A DNA stretch of 64,000 nucleotides from an uncultured bacterium (GTDB lineage Bacteria > Patescibacteriota > Patescibacteriia > CAIQCM01). Shown here in pieces: positions 19,408-29,166 of the stretch. Under the pieces are notes generated by a model. The model was not told the DNA's origin. It did no database searches and saw nothing but the letters and a program-made list of their open reading frames with translations. Position numbers and translations under genes: made by a program. Each line of letters begins with the position of its first letter. The stretch's first letter is position 1. The stretch is from the NCBI GenBank assembly GCA_963708045.1, contig OY970181.1:971042-1035041 (forward strand), given 5' to 3'.

Positions 19408-20140
19408 CTAAAGATATTTAACCCTTTCTGCTTTTTTAGTCGCTGGATTTTCAATTTTATATTCAGAATGGTTCTTACTCCATTTAGAAATGTCTGTCCA
19501 TTTAAGGCCATGGAAGCCAAATTGACCGTCCCATGCAAAATTATCACGACCCTCGGACTCAAAACTAAATTGCTGAGCCAGATCCAACGGGGCAAATTTT
19601 ATATCATAATCTTCAAATAATTTCCGGTAATATACACATATTGCAACATCTTCCGGATTGTATCTTTCAAGTTTCCCCAATCGAGCCAATTCGTTCGTTA
19701 AAGAAAGTAGTTTTTTGCTTCTTAGACTAAATCCCCCATTGCCGACTACTCGTTTACCAACCAACTCGAACCGGAAAATCAAAATTATTAACCGACCAAT
19801 CAGCAACGAGCCACGGCGCTCCAATGTAATCATAATTTAGAAATTCATCAGTCCATGCTCGTGGATTAAGAATAAAACCATCGTGCTGAACTATTAAAAC
19901 ATGTGGAGTATCAACAAATTTGTCTAATTCCCAAATGACGAAACGAGAATATTCCGCTAACGAATTCAGAGGATCGATATTAATAATATTATCGGATTTA
20001 TTCGTCTTTAAAGAAGTTAAAATTTTTACATCAGCAAATTCAAAATCACTTTGGCATATTTCCATTGCCAATCTCAATCTCTTAACATCAACACAATCAA
20101 TTCCCAACAATGTAACCGTTTTTAATTTAATCTTTTCCAT
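19408..20140 (-). pseudogene. DUF5672-family (glycosyltransferase-like) protein, frameshifted near 19770
   Basis: LIVQHDGFI..YDYIGAPW in one frame; VGNGGFSLRS..EDVAIC..FSFE..FGFHG in the next. Confidence 0.8.
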
Positions 20141-20187
20141 TACCAAAAACAATTTTCAATAAAAAATCTTAAAAACAAAAAAATGAC

Positions 20188-20286
20188 CGTCATCCCAGCG
20201 GTAAGCTGGGAACCAGAATAAGTCATCAATACCTTCTATTCCTGCTGGACTTTACCCCGTGATCCGACACGGGGGCAGGAATGACA
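20188..20286. repeat. CGTC/GTCAT-tagged REP-like inverted pair
   Basis: CGTCATCCCAGC-GGTAA-GCTGGGA ... ATTCCTGC..CCCCGTG-ATCCGA-CACGGGG..GCAGGAATGACA. Confidence 0.7.
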
Positions 20287-20333
20287 AAGTACAACAGACA
20301 AAATATTTCTGGCTTAATTTTTCCTCTCCAATG

Positions 20334-20404
20334 CTCCGGGACTTGGATTCGAACCAAGATAACAAGATTCAGAGTCTTGTGTCCTGCCGTTAGACGATCC
20401 CGGA
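20334..20404 (-). tRNA. tRNA-Gln(CTG)
   Basis: TCCGGGA acceptor stem, CAAGA-CT-CTG-AA-TCTTG anticodon arm, GGTTCGAATCC T-arm. Confidence 0.95.
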
Positions 20405-20418
20405 GCGATGAAGACGAA

Positions 20419-22042
20419 CTACTCAACCGCGGCGCCGCCGAATTCGGAAATAAGCGAGTTCGTTAGGGTGTGGTCGTTTGCGAGTTCGGGCGCGATTTCG
20501 GCGCGAACGACAATGTTATCACTGCTATAGAGCGTGGTCAATCCAAGGACAATGCTATTGATATTTTTTGGCGAATTAAGTTTTTCCGCGTGCATTTTAT
20601 ACTGAACGCCAATTATAAGCGCCCCGTCTTCAATCCGAAGCGGCCGAGCAACGCGCAAAAGAAACGGCAGCGACGGATTTTCATCTTCAACTGCCAAGCA
20701 TAGTTCGTCCCAACGCAAAATTACGGTTTCAATCGGAATCGTTAATTGGCGTGTGGCACGTGGCTCGTTGCTCGTGTTCCCGTCCGACGACGTGCTAGGT
20801 GCCACGTGCGACGTGCCGACACTGGCGGGCGACGTGCTACGTGCTACATGCGACGTGCCAGGTTCCGAGGGCGGCGTGAAGCGGCTCGTAGCACGTGGCA
20901 CGTCGCTCGTGGCTTGCGGCGACCAGGGCGACCGAGGTGCATTTTCGGCTGACGACGTGCTACGTGCTACGTGCGACGTGCCAATATCAGCACAATGTTC
21001 AGCCGCAACAATTTCTAAAGGCAACTGAGGAATAGGCGTTGATTTTAATTCATTTCGCGCACCAAGCAACGAACTAATAATACGAACAATATGCGCCGCA
21101 CCAACATTTTTAGGAACAGAATTAGCAGACGCGCTCCCAGTGCCAAACGTCGCGAGCAGAGCTTCGCGAGCGTATTCAATCGCGTCATTAGTAAACTGAA
21201 CAAGATCAACACCGTCTTCCACCAAGCGATTCACGAGCGCAATTGCGTCCCCGCCCCGCCGTTCGCAAAGAGCGTTAAAATACGCCGCAACAAGTTCGGC
21301 ATCGGAGCGAGGCAAAACCAAGGCTGCTTCTTCTAGGCCAATTTTCTTTTCACCGAGTGAGAGAACCTGTTCAAACATACTCTCCGCGTCGCGCAGACAA
21401 CCATCCGAAAGATGGACAATTGCTTCAATAACTTTTTCATCAACGTCAACTTCCTCATTAACGGCGAGCCGCTTTAGTCGTTCAACCATTTCCGGCGCCG
21501 GAATGCGACGAAAATCAAAACGCTGACAACGAGAAATAATCGTCGCCGGAACTTTATGCGATTCGGTCGTGCACATTATAAAAATGACATAGGCCGGCGG
21601 CTCTTCCAAAGTTTTAAGAAGCGCATTCCAAGCGGAGATGGAAAGCATATGCACTTCGTCAATGATAAAAATTTTAAACCGGCGCGAGGTCGGCGCAAAG
21701 CGAACGTGTTCAATAACATTCTCGCGCACGTTGTCCACGCCAGTATTGGAAGCGGCGTCTATTTCTATCACATCAAGCGAACGTCCGTCGGTCTGTTCGC
21801 GACAAGAATCGCATTTTCCGCACGGCTCGCTTGTCCCCTTTTTCTCGAGTAAGGCAATTTAACGCCTTGGCAAAAATTCGCGCCGTCGTGGTTTTGCCGA
21901 CGCCGCGCGGTCCGGTAAGCAAATAAGCGTGAGCAACCGAGTTACTCGCGAGTTCATTTTCTAAAGTTGTTTTAATGTGATTTTGTCCGGTAATGTCAGA
22001 AAATTTCTGCGGACGATATTTCCGGTATAAAGCAAAGCCCAT
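20419..22042 (-). CDS. dnaX: DNA polymerase III subunit gamma/tau, with one extra base at ~21835-21843
   Basis: ALYRKYRP, GPRGVGKT, then after the shift EPCGKCDSC, EIDAASN, IIDEVHML, NALLKTLEEPP, SRCQRF. Confidence 0.95.
20747..20983. repeat. Five blocks of ACGTGC-type heptamers inside the dnaX linker
   Basis: Blocks such as GACGTGC-TACGTGC-TACGTGC-GACGTGC in both orientations; encode GTSHVA(R/P)STS x3. Confidence 0.9.
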
Positions 22043-22059
22043 TTTTTAGAGGTTAGGGT

Positions 22060-22551
22060 TTAGGGTTTAGAGTTTAGTTCAATTTGTCCACGGTCGGTTT
22101 TAAGTACCCACATTCCCAAAATGAAAAGCAGGGTTGAGGTAAAAGCCGAAAACATGCACCAAGAGCAAATAGCGTGGATTACAAAGAGCATCAAGTAGAC
22201 AAACCAAAGAGAAAAAACAAAACCAGCCGTCGTAAAAATCGCGATGTATTTTAAAATATAATGTTTTTTGGTTTGAAAATAATAAACCAGTCCGAGAATT
22301 ACAGCGAGATAATATAACGCCCCAAAAAGCGCGACCGGCACGCCAAAAAATACCGAGTATGGACTCGTCGTGACCGTGGCGCAACCGTGTGCGATCGTGC
22401 ACGGCGGCACGCGATTTAAAATATGCTCCGCCGTAAGATAGCTCGCGTCGGCAAAACCAAACGGCGCGACGGCCAAAAGCGCGATCGCGAGACGCGAGAA
22501 TTTTTTACTAATTGGCAAGGGCGGCGTCAATTGTTCGTTTGAATTCGTCAT
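22060..22551 (-). CDS. Vitamin K epoxide reductase (VKOR) family protein
   Basis: C..C loop (PPCTIAHGC), S.YS.FFGVPVA, ICSWC active-site CxxC. Confidence 0.92.
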   Translation of the reverse strand: MTNSNEQLTPPLPISKKFSRLAIALLAVAPFGFADASYLTAEHILNRVPPCTIAHGCATVTTSPYSVFFGVPVALFGALYYLAVILGLVYYFQTKKHYILKYIAIFTTAGFVFSLWFVYLMLFVIHAICSWCMFSAFTSTLLFILGMWVLKTDRGQIELNSKP

Positions 22552-23164
22552 AAGCAGTAAGTTGAATTTGCTTTCCGTTTAAAAACAAAGTGGGAGTTGA
22601 ATTAACGCCTGATTTTATACCGCTTTGGTAGTCGGTGTCAACCTTGGCCTTAACCGTTTCCGATTTCTCGTCAACGTGAAATTGATCCAAATTTAAACCC
22701 AGGGCGCCAGCGTATGAATCCAGGGTTTTTCTAAAGGTAACCGCGTCTTCGCTTGACCAAACGGTTTGGTTCACAAAAATCAAATCCGACATTTCAAAAA
22801 ATTTTCCCTGAAGACCAGCGGCGCCGGCGGCATAAGCCGCGGCCGGACCATTAACGTGGCCGGGGATGGGAAAATTTCTATAAACAAAACGAACGCGATC
22901 TTTGTATTCGTTTTCAATCTTCTTTAGAACCTCATTGTAAAAAATCGCACAACCCGGGCACTGAAAATCAGCATACTCAACAATCGTTACTTTGGCATCG
23001 CTTTTTCCAAGAACATGGTCTGAAGCAGTAATTTCGTTTACACTCGGTGCATTAATGTTTTGCGGTGAACCCTGTTTCACGATCCAATACATACCGCCAG
23101 CAACCAAAATAAGGGCGCCGACTACCGACCCCCAAAGCACTATTGAATAACCACTCTTTGACAT
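22508..23164 (-). CDS. DsbA-family thioredoxin
   Basis: EYADFQCPGC, YRNFP, GVNSTPT; adjacent to VKOR. Confidence 0.92.
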   Translation of the reverse strand: MSKSGYSIVLWGSVVGALILVAGGMYWIVKQGSPQNINAPSVNEITASDHVLGKSDAKVTIVEYADFQCPGCAIFYNEVLKKIENEYKDRVRFVYRNFPIPGHVNGPAAAYAAGAAGLQGKFFEMSDLIFVNQTVWSSEDAVTFRKTLDSYAGALGLNLDQFHVDEKSETVKAKVDTDYQSGIKSGVNSTPTLFLNGKQIQLTAYDEFKRTIDAALAN

Positions 23165-23260
23165 AATCTTATCATTAATATTGAAACCTTTAAGCCATAA
23201 CCATTGTGTCTTAACACCGCGGTAACAGCATACACTGCGCGACCTAATTATCGCAACCTG

Positions 23261-23941
23261 TTATTTATTTTTTGCGAGACATTTTTTGAGTTCCGTTGTT
23301 TCTGTCCAACCACACTCTCCATCGCTTTGTCTTTCGCATTTCGCATTTTTATAACAAGCGTATTTGGCAAGATACTCGCAAGTTGTAACTACCTCTTTGT
23401 CTGAACAAACCTGGCCACTGCAACCGCTTGGACGACAAGCGGCGGCAAGCGGGCCGGCAAAACGAATCGGTACATCAACCTCTTCGTCACGCATTGGATC
23501 ACCCGAGGGATTGTCTTTTTTTAAAATCAGCATGCCCGTAGGTGTCGTTGGTGTTTTAAACTTAAGCTCGGCGGTAAAAGGTACAAACTTATTCGTCATC
23601 CAGTCTTCCAAAGCGTCAGCATGCCCGACCGCAAGAATGTTGCCGTTATCGTCCTCAATTCGGATAGGAAACGACGCTTCAAAATACCAACCCGCCGCTG
23701 AACCCGAAAGCATAAGCGGACTTGAAACTTCAGCTCCAAAAATAGGCGTCACTAAACGCAAATGTGGCGAAAGCAATTCACCAATTGGCGCATTCGTATT
23801 TTCATTCGGCAAATTTGCGTTAATCGTATTGGTGTTAATTTTTAATGGATCTTGTTTTTCTTTTATAAGAAAACACCCAGCAACCGCAATCACAATTACC
23901 GTCAAAATAATGACCAAGATTGGTAAATAATTTTTTTTCAT
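23261..23941 (-). CDS. Membrane-anchored Gmad2 Ig-like protein with C-terminal Cys-cluster domain
   Basis: WYFEASFP..DWMT..VPF..KDNPSG, then CRPSGCSGQVC..TTCEY..C..C..CGW. Confidence 0.8.
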   Translation of the reverse strand: MKKNYLPILVIILTVIVIAVAGCFLIKEKQDPLKINTNTINANLPNENTNAPIGELLSPHLRLVTPIFGAEVSSPLMLSGSAAGWYFEASFPIRIEDDNGNILAVGHADALEDWMTNKFVPFTAELKFKTPTTPTGMLILKKDNPSGDPMRDEEVDVPIRFAGPLAAACRPSGCSGQVCSDKEVVTTCEYLAKYACYKNAKCERQSDGECGWTETTELKKCLAKNK

Positions 23942-23984
23942 TGAAATTTTTTATTAGGCATTATATATAAAACCGACAAAGGAT

Positions 23985-24701
23985 CTACCGCGAAGCTAAA
24001 TATGTAACAACGGCCGCCGCGGTTTCGGCACGCAAGACAAGGCGACCAAGCGAAACAACGCGACAACCAGCGGCGACGCCAGCGGCAAGTTCGTCGTCAG
24101 ACCAACCCCCTTCGGGACCAATCCAAACGCCGATCATTTTCTTTTTATCGTCTTCGGTTTCGTGATAATCTTTTAGGGCTTTAATAAAATCTTCTCCCGA
24201 CGGATCAAAAAACCAATTAACCGCGTTTTCCGACGCCTTGGCGAGCGCCTCGCTAAGTTCGGTGATTTTTTTTGCACGCGCGACAAAAGCATTTCCCGAC
24301 TGCTCGGCAGCTTCGCGAATAATACTTTCTAAGCGCTCCAATTTAATGCCGGTTTTAACCGTTCGTTCGGTGAGGAGTGGAATAATTTCGGCCGCACCGC
24401 ATTCAACCCCTTTTTCTGCCGCCCATTCAAAATTTTTCTTTTTGAGCACAGCACAATAAAGTGCAACTCGGCTTTCACTCATAACATTTTCTCGCCCCAC
24501 TACCTTTACATAACAAGAAGCATCATCGCGAGAAATTATTTCAACCAGCGAATCATTACCTTTGCCATCGGAAAAAATCATTTGTTCGCCGGGGCGCAAT
24601 TTTAAAACGCGATAAATTTGGTGAACCAGCTCCGGATCGGTAAGCACCGCCCGATTGCCTAAAAGCGGAAAACCATTAACAAAACGATGAATTTTTTTCA
24701 T
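23985..24701 (-). CDS. rsmE: 16S rRNA m3U1498 methyltransferase
   Basis: HQIYRVLKL, EAAEQS, IGPEGGW, SLGRLVLRAETAA. Confidence 0.95.
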   Translation of the reverse strand: MKKIHRFVNGFPLLGNRAVLTDPELVHQIYRVLKLRPGEQMIFSDGKGNDSLVEIISRDDASCYVKVVGRENVMSESRVALYCAVLKKKNFEWAAEKGVECGAAEIIPLLTERTVKTGIKLERLESIIREAAEQSGNAFVARAKKITELSEALAKASENAVNWFFDPSGEDFIKALKDYHETEDDKKKMIGVWIGPEGGWSDDELAAGVAAGCRVVSLGRLVLRAETAAAVVTYLASR

Positions 24702-26521
24702 AGGTTATTTAATTTTCTTGCCTTAAACATCCTAGCAGAATTTAGGATAGGAAGAAAATCGGTCGCAAAATTATAAAAGGCTGCGCCGATAATTCCGATC
24801 GCGCCCGTGAGCACCAGAACAAAGCCAATTAGGTTAGAAATAGACCAGATCGTAACATCGGCTTTAATCACATTTATGGAACGCCGCGCCAAAACAACAA
24901 GCTCCGGCAAACGTCCAAGATCATCAACCAAAATAACCGCGTCGGCGGCTTCGGCGGCCGCCGCCGTCCCCGACCCGATCGCAATACCAACATCGGCACG
25001 TGCGAGCGCGGCGGCGTCGTTAATACCATCCCCCACCATAATCACCAACCCTGCTTGAAGCAATTTTTCTAATTCACGAACTTTATCTTCGGGCTTCATT
25101 AATGAATGATACTCATCAATACCAAGCGCCCGAGCAACACTGGCGGCGACTTCTTCGCGATCACCCGTAAACATCACGATTTTTTTAAAACCAAGCTTTT
25201 TCATCCGCAACAGAGCCGCGCCAGCTTCCGGTCGCGGCAAATCAGAAACGCCAAATCGCCCCGTATACTCGTTTTCAAACGAAACCCAAACGCCAAAATT
25301 TGCCGCATCATTTTTTGGTAAATTTTTTATGCCTTGACTCTTTAAAAATTCATAAGTGCCGACCAAGATTTTTCTTTTTTTCACTACCGCCGCAACACCA
25401 GCACCAATGACCGTTTCGTAACTTTCCGGATCGGGAATATTTTGTATCTTTTTTGCCGCATAACGAAACACGGCGCGGCCGTCCGGATGTTCGGAAAATT
25501 TTTCCGCCGCGCCGACGGTTTTAAAAAAATCTTCATCGCGAACGCCGGCGGCGATTTCAACCCTGTTAACGGCGATATTACCAAACGTCAATGTTCCAGT
25601 TTTGTCCAATATTAAGACGCGTGACGTAGCGATCTTTGCCAAACGTTCGCCGCCTTTCACAATCACACCGCGGCGCGCCGCGGCGCCCAGCGCCGCCGTT
25701 ACCGCAAGCGGCACAGCAACACTCATATCGTCAGCGCAGGCAACAAGAAACAACGACGCCGTCATTACTAGATTTTTAGTAACAAGAAAAACAACAATGC
25801 CAAAAATAATCACGACTGGTAAAAAAACCCCGGCAAATTTGTCGGCTAATTTTTCCGGTTCGGACTTATTCGCCGCCGCCGCCTCGGCTAAACGAAGCAG
25901 TTGCGAAACCGTAGAATTATCGCCGACGTTCACGGCGCGAATCTTAAGCGCGCCAGACGTAACGATAGTTCCAGAAAGAATTTGTTCGCCGACGCTTTTA
26001 AAAACCGGCACCGATTCGCCGGTTAAAGGCGATTCGTCAACGTAAGTCGTACCAAAAATAACCACCCCATCTACTGGTACGCGGTCACCTTCCGAGACGA
26101 CAACAATATCCCCCTTTTTAACTTGCTCAGCCGGAATTGTTTTAATGACGCCATCGCTTTCTACTTCGGCACTGGTCGGTTTTAAAGCCAGCAGCGCGCG
26201 CATAGAACGTTCAGTGCGATTGGTCGTAAAATAATCAAGTAATCGCGCCGACGCAAGCATTAAGCAAATAAAACCCGCGGAACGTGCATCGGTCATTATA
26301 AAAGCGACAATTAAAGCGAACGAGTTAAAGACGTCAATGGTAATCTTTCGCTTTCTTAAACCGTATCCGCTGGCGAGCAAGGTCGGCAAAGCAGCCAAGA
26401 CGGTGACGACATAAAGCAAAACATCATTTTCAAAAAAATATCCAACCACAAAACCAAGAACAAGAAAAACAACAAGCAAATAATCGCGGGTCGGCATTTT
26501 AAAAAAAGTATTTTTGGACAT
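24698..26521 (-). CDS. P1B-type (heavy-metal) P-type ATPase
   Basis: LTGES, DKTGTLT, SEHP, TGD, GDGINDA; TM motif is ACADD. Confidence 0.92.
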   Translation of the reverse strand: MSKNTFFKMPTRDYLLVVFLVLGFVVGYFFENDVLLYVVTVLAALPTLLASGYGLRKRKITIDVFNSFALIVAFIMTDARSAGFICLMLASARLLDYFTTNRTERSMRALLALKPTSAEVESDGVIKTIPAEQVKKGDIVVVSEGDRVPVDGVVIFGTTYVDESPLTGESVPVFKSVGEQILSGTIVTSGALKIRAVNVGDNSTVSQLLRLAEAAAANKSEPEKLADKFAGVFLPVVIIFGIVVFLVTKNLVMTASLFLVACADDMSVAVPLAVTAALGAAARRGVIVKGGERLAKIATSRVLILDKTGTLTFGNIAVNRVEIAAGVRDEDFFKTVGAAEKFSEHPDGRAVFRYAAKKIQNIPDPESYETVIGAGVAAVVKKRKILVGTYEFLKSQGIKNLPKNDAANFGVWVSFENEYTGRFGVSDLPRPEAGAALLRMKKLGFKKIVMFTGDREEVAASVARALGIDEYHSLMKPEDKVRELEKLLQAGLVIMVGDGINDAAALARADVGIAIGSGTAAAAEAADAVILVDDLGRLPELVVLARRSINVIKADVTIWSISNLIGFVLVLTGAIGIIGAAFYNFATDFLPILNSARMFKARKLNNL

Positions 26522-27271
26522 TTATTTTTCTTTAAAAAATTTAACCGCGAGCTTGCTAATCGGCGGCAGTAGACCGACAAAAAGCCCAAAATGACCGCCA
26601 TAGCGCAGAGGTAAAAAACCCGCACCAATCTTTTTTGCAAATTCGGCTGTCGGAGCAAAAGGCACGACTTGATCGTCTTTGGCATGAACAATAAATATTT
26701 TCTTGCCATCAAACGGCCTTTTATCTATTGCTGGATTCATAAACCGGCCGGACATTAATTTTTTCCAATCTTCGGGACGAACGCGATAAACCGAGCCAAA
26801 AGCTTTTTCCACAAATTTAGCAAGGGCATGAAGCGGTTCTTTTTTACTCTCCGCGCGCCAATCAACAACCGGCGACAGGGCGAAAACTTTTTTTACGCGC
26901 CGATCACGACTTCCTAAAAGTGCCGTGCAACCGCCAAAACTGGAAGCAAAAAGATAAACCTTTGGATTTTTAATCTTAAACTTTTTGTTTCCCCAAAGTT
27001 CGGTAAAACCGGAAGATAGACCATTGATAACGTCAAGCAAATCTTTTTCCGGCGACTCGCGCAAAAACATTCCCCCGCTTTCCCAAGTACCACGATAACG
27101 AAAATGAAATACCCAATAATCGCGTTTGCTCCAAAATTCCAAGATCGGTTTTTTTGCTGGCACGCTCGGGAGCCCATCACAAAGAATCACCACCTTGTTT
27201 GACGGGTGACGTGGTGGCAAAAACTCGGCGAGAATTTCTTTTTTAAAACGCGTGCGAAAAGTGTACGCCAT
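26522..27271 (-). CDS. Alpha/beta hydrolase (S9-like)
   Basis: YRGTWES, nucleophile elbow ASSFGG, HAKDD, GGH. Confidence 0.8.
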   Translation of the reverse strand: MAYTFRTRFKKEILAEFLPPRHPSNKVVILCDGLPSVPAKKPILEFWSKRDYWVFHFRYRGTWESGGMFLRESPEKDLLDVINGLSSGFTELWGNKKFKIKNPKVYLFASSFGGCTALLGSRDRRVKKVFALSPVVDWRAESKKEPLHALAKFVEKAFGSVYRVRPEDWKKLMSGRFMNPAIDKRPFDGKKIFIVHAKDDQVVPFAPTAEFAKKIGAGFLPLRYGGHFGLFVGLLPPISKLAVKFFKEK

Positions 27272-27273
27272 AA

Positions 27274-28557
27274 TTATTTACGCAAAGCAATCATCAGGTC
27301 GGAGATATTTATTTCTGTTACTCCAGTCAAGATTTGGCTTTTCGTCATTTTCATAAATGGGAAAGAATCGTTGTTGGCCAAATACGCGCCAACATCCAAT
27401 TTAAGACGTTCGGCAGCTTGTTTTGTTTTAAGGTCGCCAATGGCGCCGGCGGCCGGACTATTGTCTTGACCGTCCGAAGCGCAAGAAACAACGACCGTTC
27501 CGTCAATAATATGATTAAGTGATCCAAGAGCAAGCTCTTGGTTGCGTCCACCCTTTCCGTGTCCGGCAACTGTGACCGTTGTTTCGCCGCCGGCTATAAC
27601 TGCTTCGCCATTGTCCGGCATCGTAGCAAGTCTACCCCCAACCGAACGCGCCTCGCCTTCCAAAGAAGAAGAGAGCAAACGAACTTTATATCCCAAGCGC
27701 TTTGCTTCTTTTTTCATCGTCTCCAAAGCCAGACTGTTTGCCACGACAAGCACGTTGTGGACGTGCTTAAAGAAAATCGGATCTTTTGGCGTTTCTGTAA
27801 GATTGCACGTGGGTAAGGAGCAAGTTTTAATAATGTCGTATTTTGCAAGAACGCGTGCGGCGTCTTTTATCGTCGTCGTGTCCATTACCGTCGGACCGGA
27901 AGCAACAACGCTAATGTCGTCGCCCGGAACATCGGAAAAAATCAAACCAAGCACGGTCGCGGGATAAGCCAATCGGGCAAATTGACCGCCGAGAATTTCC
28001 GACAAGTGTTTGCGCACGACATTTTCTTCGCGAATTTCCGCGCCTGAGCGCATTAGTGTTTCGGTGATAAACGCGAGTTCGTCGCATTTTACGCCAGAAG
28101 GACGACACAAAAGTGCCGAGCCGCCGCCCGAAACAATCGCAATGACCAAATCTTTTGATTCGGCTTTTTTGATTATTTCCACGATCTCGCCCGTCGCGCT
28201 AATATTTTGTTCGCTCGGTAAAGGGTGTGTGCCGATTAGCGTTTTTATTTTTTTTAATTTGCCTCCGGCAACACTCAAAACGATCCCGCCAGTCAGCCGA
28301 GAACCAAGAATTTTTTCTAACTCTCCTGCCGCGGCATGCGCCGCTTTGCCAAAACCAATTACGTAAATATTTTTAAATTTAGAAAGATTGTACTTGCGCG
28401 AGCCGGCAAAAAGAATATTCTTTTTTATTTTTATTTTGGTACGAATTGCGAGGTCGGTACGAACGGCGATAAGTCCGGCTTCCAAAATCTTTAGGGCGTC
28501 GCGGCGTGCCGGAGTTTTTGCAAGCGCGTCAAAATTTTTAATGAGGTGTTTAGGCAT
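27274..28557 (-). CDS. Glycerate 2-kinase (DUF4147/MOFRL)
   Basis: GFGKAA, HPLP, SGGGSAL, SDVPGDD..VASGPT, GGETTV, GGRNQE. Confidence 0.92.
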   Translation of the reverse strand: MPKHLIKNFDALAKTPARRDALKILEAGLIAVRTDLAIRTKIKIKKNILFAGSRKYNLSKFKNIYVIGFGKAAHAAAGELEKILGSRLTGGIVLSVAGGKLKKIKTLIGTHPLPSEQNISATGEIVEIIKKAESKDLVIAIVSGGGSALLCRPSGVKCDELAFITETLMRSGAEIREENVVRKHLSEILGGQFARLAYPATVLGLIFSDVPGDDISVVASGPTVMDTTTIKDAARVLAKYDIIKTCSLPTCNLTETPKDPIFFKHVHNVLVVANSLALETMKKEAKRLGYKVRLLSSSLEGEARSVGGRLATMPDNGEAVIAGGETTVTVAGHGKGGRNQELALGSLNHIIDGTVVVSCASDGQDNSPAAGAIGDLKTKQAAERLKLDVGAYLANNDSFPFMKMTKSQILTGVTEINISDLMIALRK

Positions 28558-28569
28558 AGTAAATATATT

Positions 28570-29070
28570 TTACCTTTTTTTTACAATTTTGTCGCTTGAA
28601 TTCATCTTGAGTCCGTACGCCACGATACCAAAAGCAACCGCGACGTTTAACGACTCTTTTTTGCCAAACATTGGGATCTCCAAAATCTTCTCCGCGCGGG
28701 CGAGGACCGACGGCGAAACGCCCTTTATCTCGTTTCCCATAACTAAAACCGTATTATCGAGCTCAGCTTTTGACAAAGCAAGCCGATTATACGGAATTGA
28801 ACGTTTGCTCTGCTCAACGGCAAAAATCTTTTTCCCTTCCTTGCGTAACTTATCCAAAAGCCGGGCCGTTTGCCCGCCCTTTTCCCAAGCAACGGTCTTT
28901 TCCGCACCAAGTGCCGTTTTTATAAGCGCACTGATTGGTAAACCATATTCGTCAAACGGCGTCGGCGTATAGCCGCAAAGATAAATTTTTTCTACGCGGG
29001 CGGCATCGGCAGTTCTAAAAATAGAACCGACATTATGCGCGCTTCGCACGTTATGAAGGACGACGATCAT
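28570..29070 (-). CDS. TrmH/SpoU-family RNA methyltransferase
   Basis: HNVGSIFRTAD, GNEIKG, IPMFGKKESLNVAVA. Confidence 0.92.
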   Translation of the reverse strand: MIVVLHNVRSAHNVGSIFRTADAARVEKIYLCGYTPTPFDEYGLPISALIKTALGAEKTVAWEKGGQTARLLDKLRKEGKKIFAVEQSKRSIPYNRLALSKAELDNTVLVMGNEIKGVSPSVLARAEKILEIPMFGKKESLNVAVAFGIVAYGLKMNSSDKIVKKR

Positions 29071-29101
29071 ACAAAAATAATACTACACACGATTGTCTTA
29101 A

Positions 29102-29137
29102 AACAAAAATCCCCGCGAAAACGTAAGGATTTTTGTT
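29102..29137. terminator. Terminator after the DEAD-box helicase
   Basis: AACAAAAATCC...GGATTTTTGTT. Confidence 0.55.
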
Positions 29138-29166
29138 GTTTTTTAAAAGAATGTTATTATCCGTTT

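Noticed and set aside
21835-21843. The known programmed dnaX frameshift producing gamma
   Set aside because: That event occurs about two-thirds into the gene after domain III; this shift is at about codon 69 and breaks the ATPase.
22045-22079. Plant-telomere-like TTTAGGG repeat
   Set aside because: Only one exact unit among degenerate ones; it is one of several heptamer micro-arrays.
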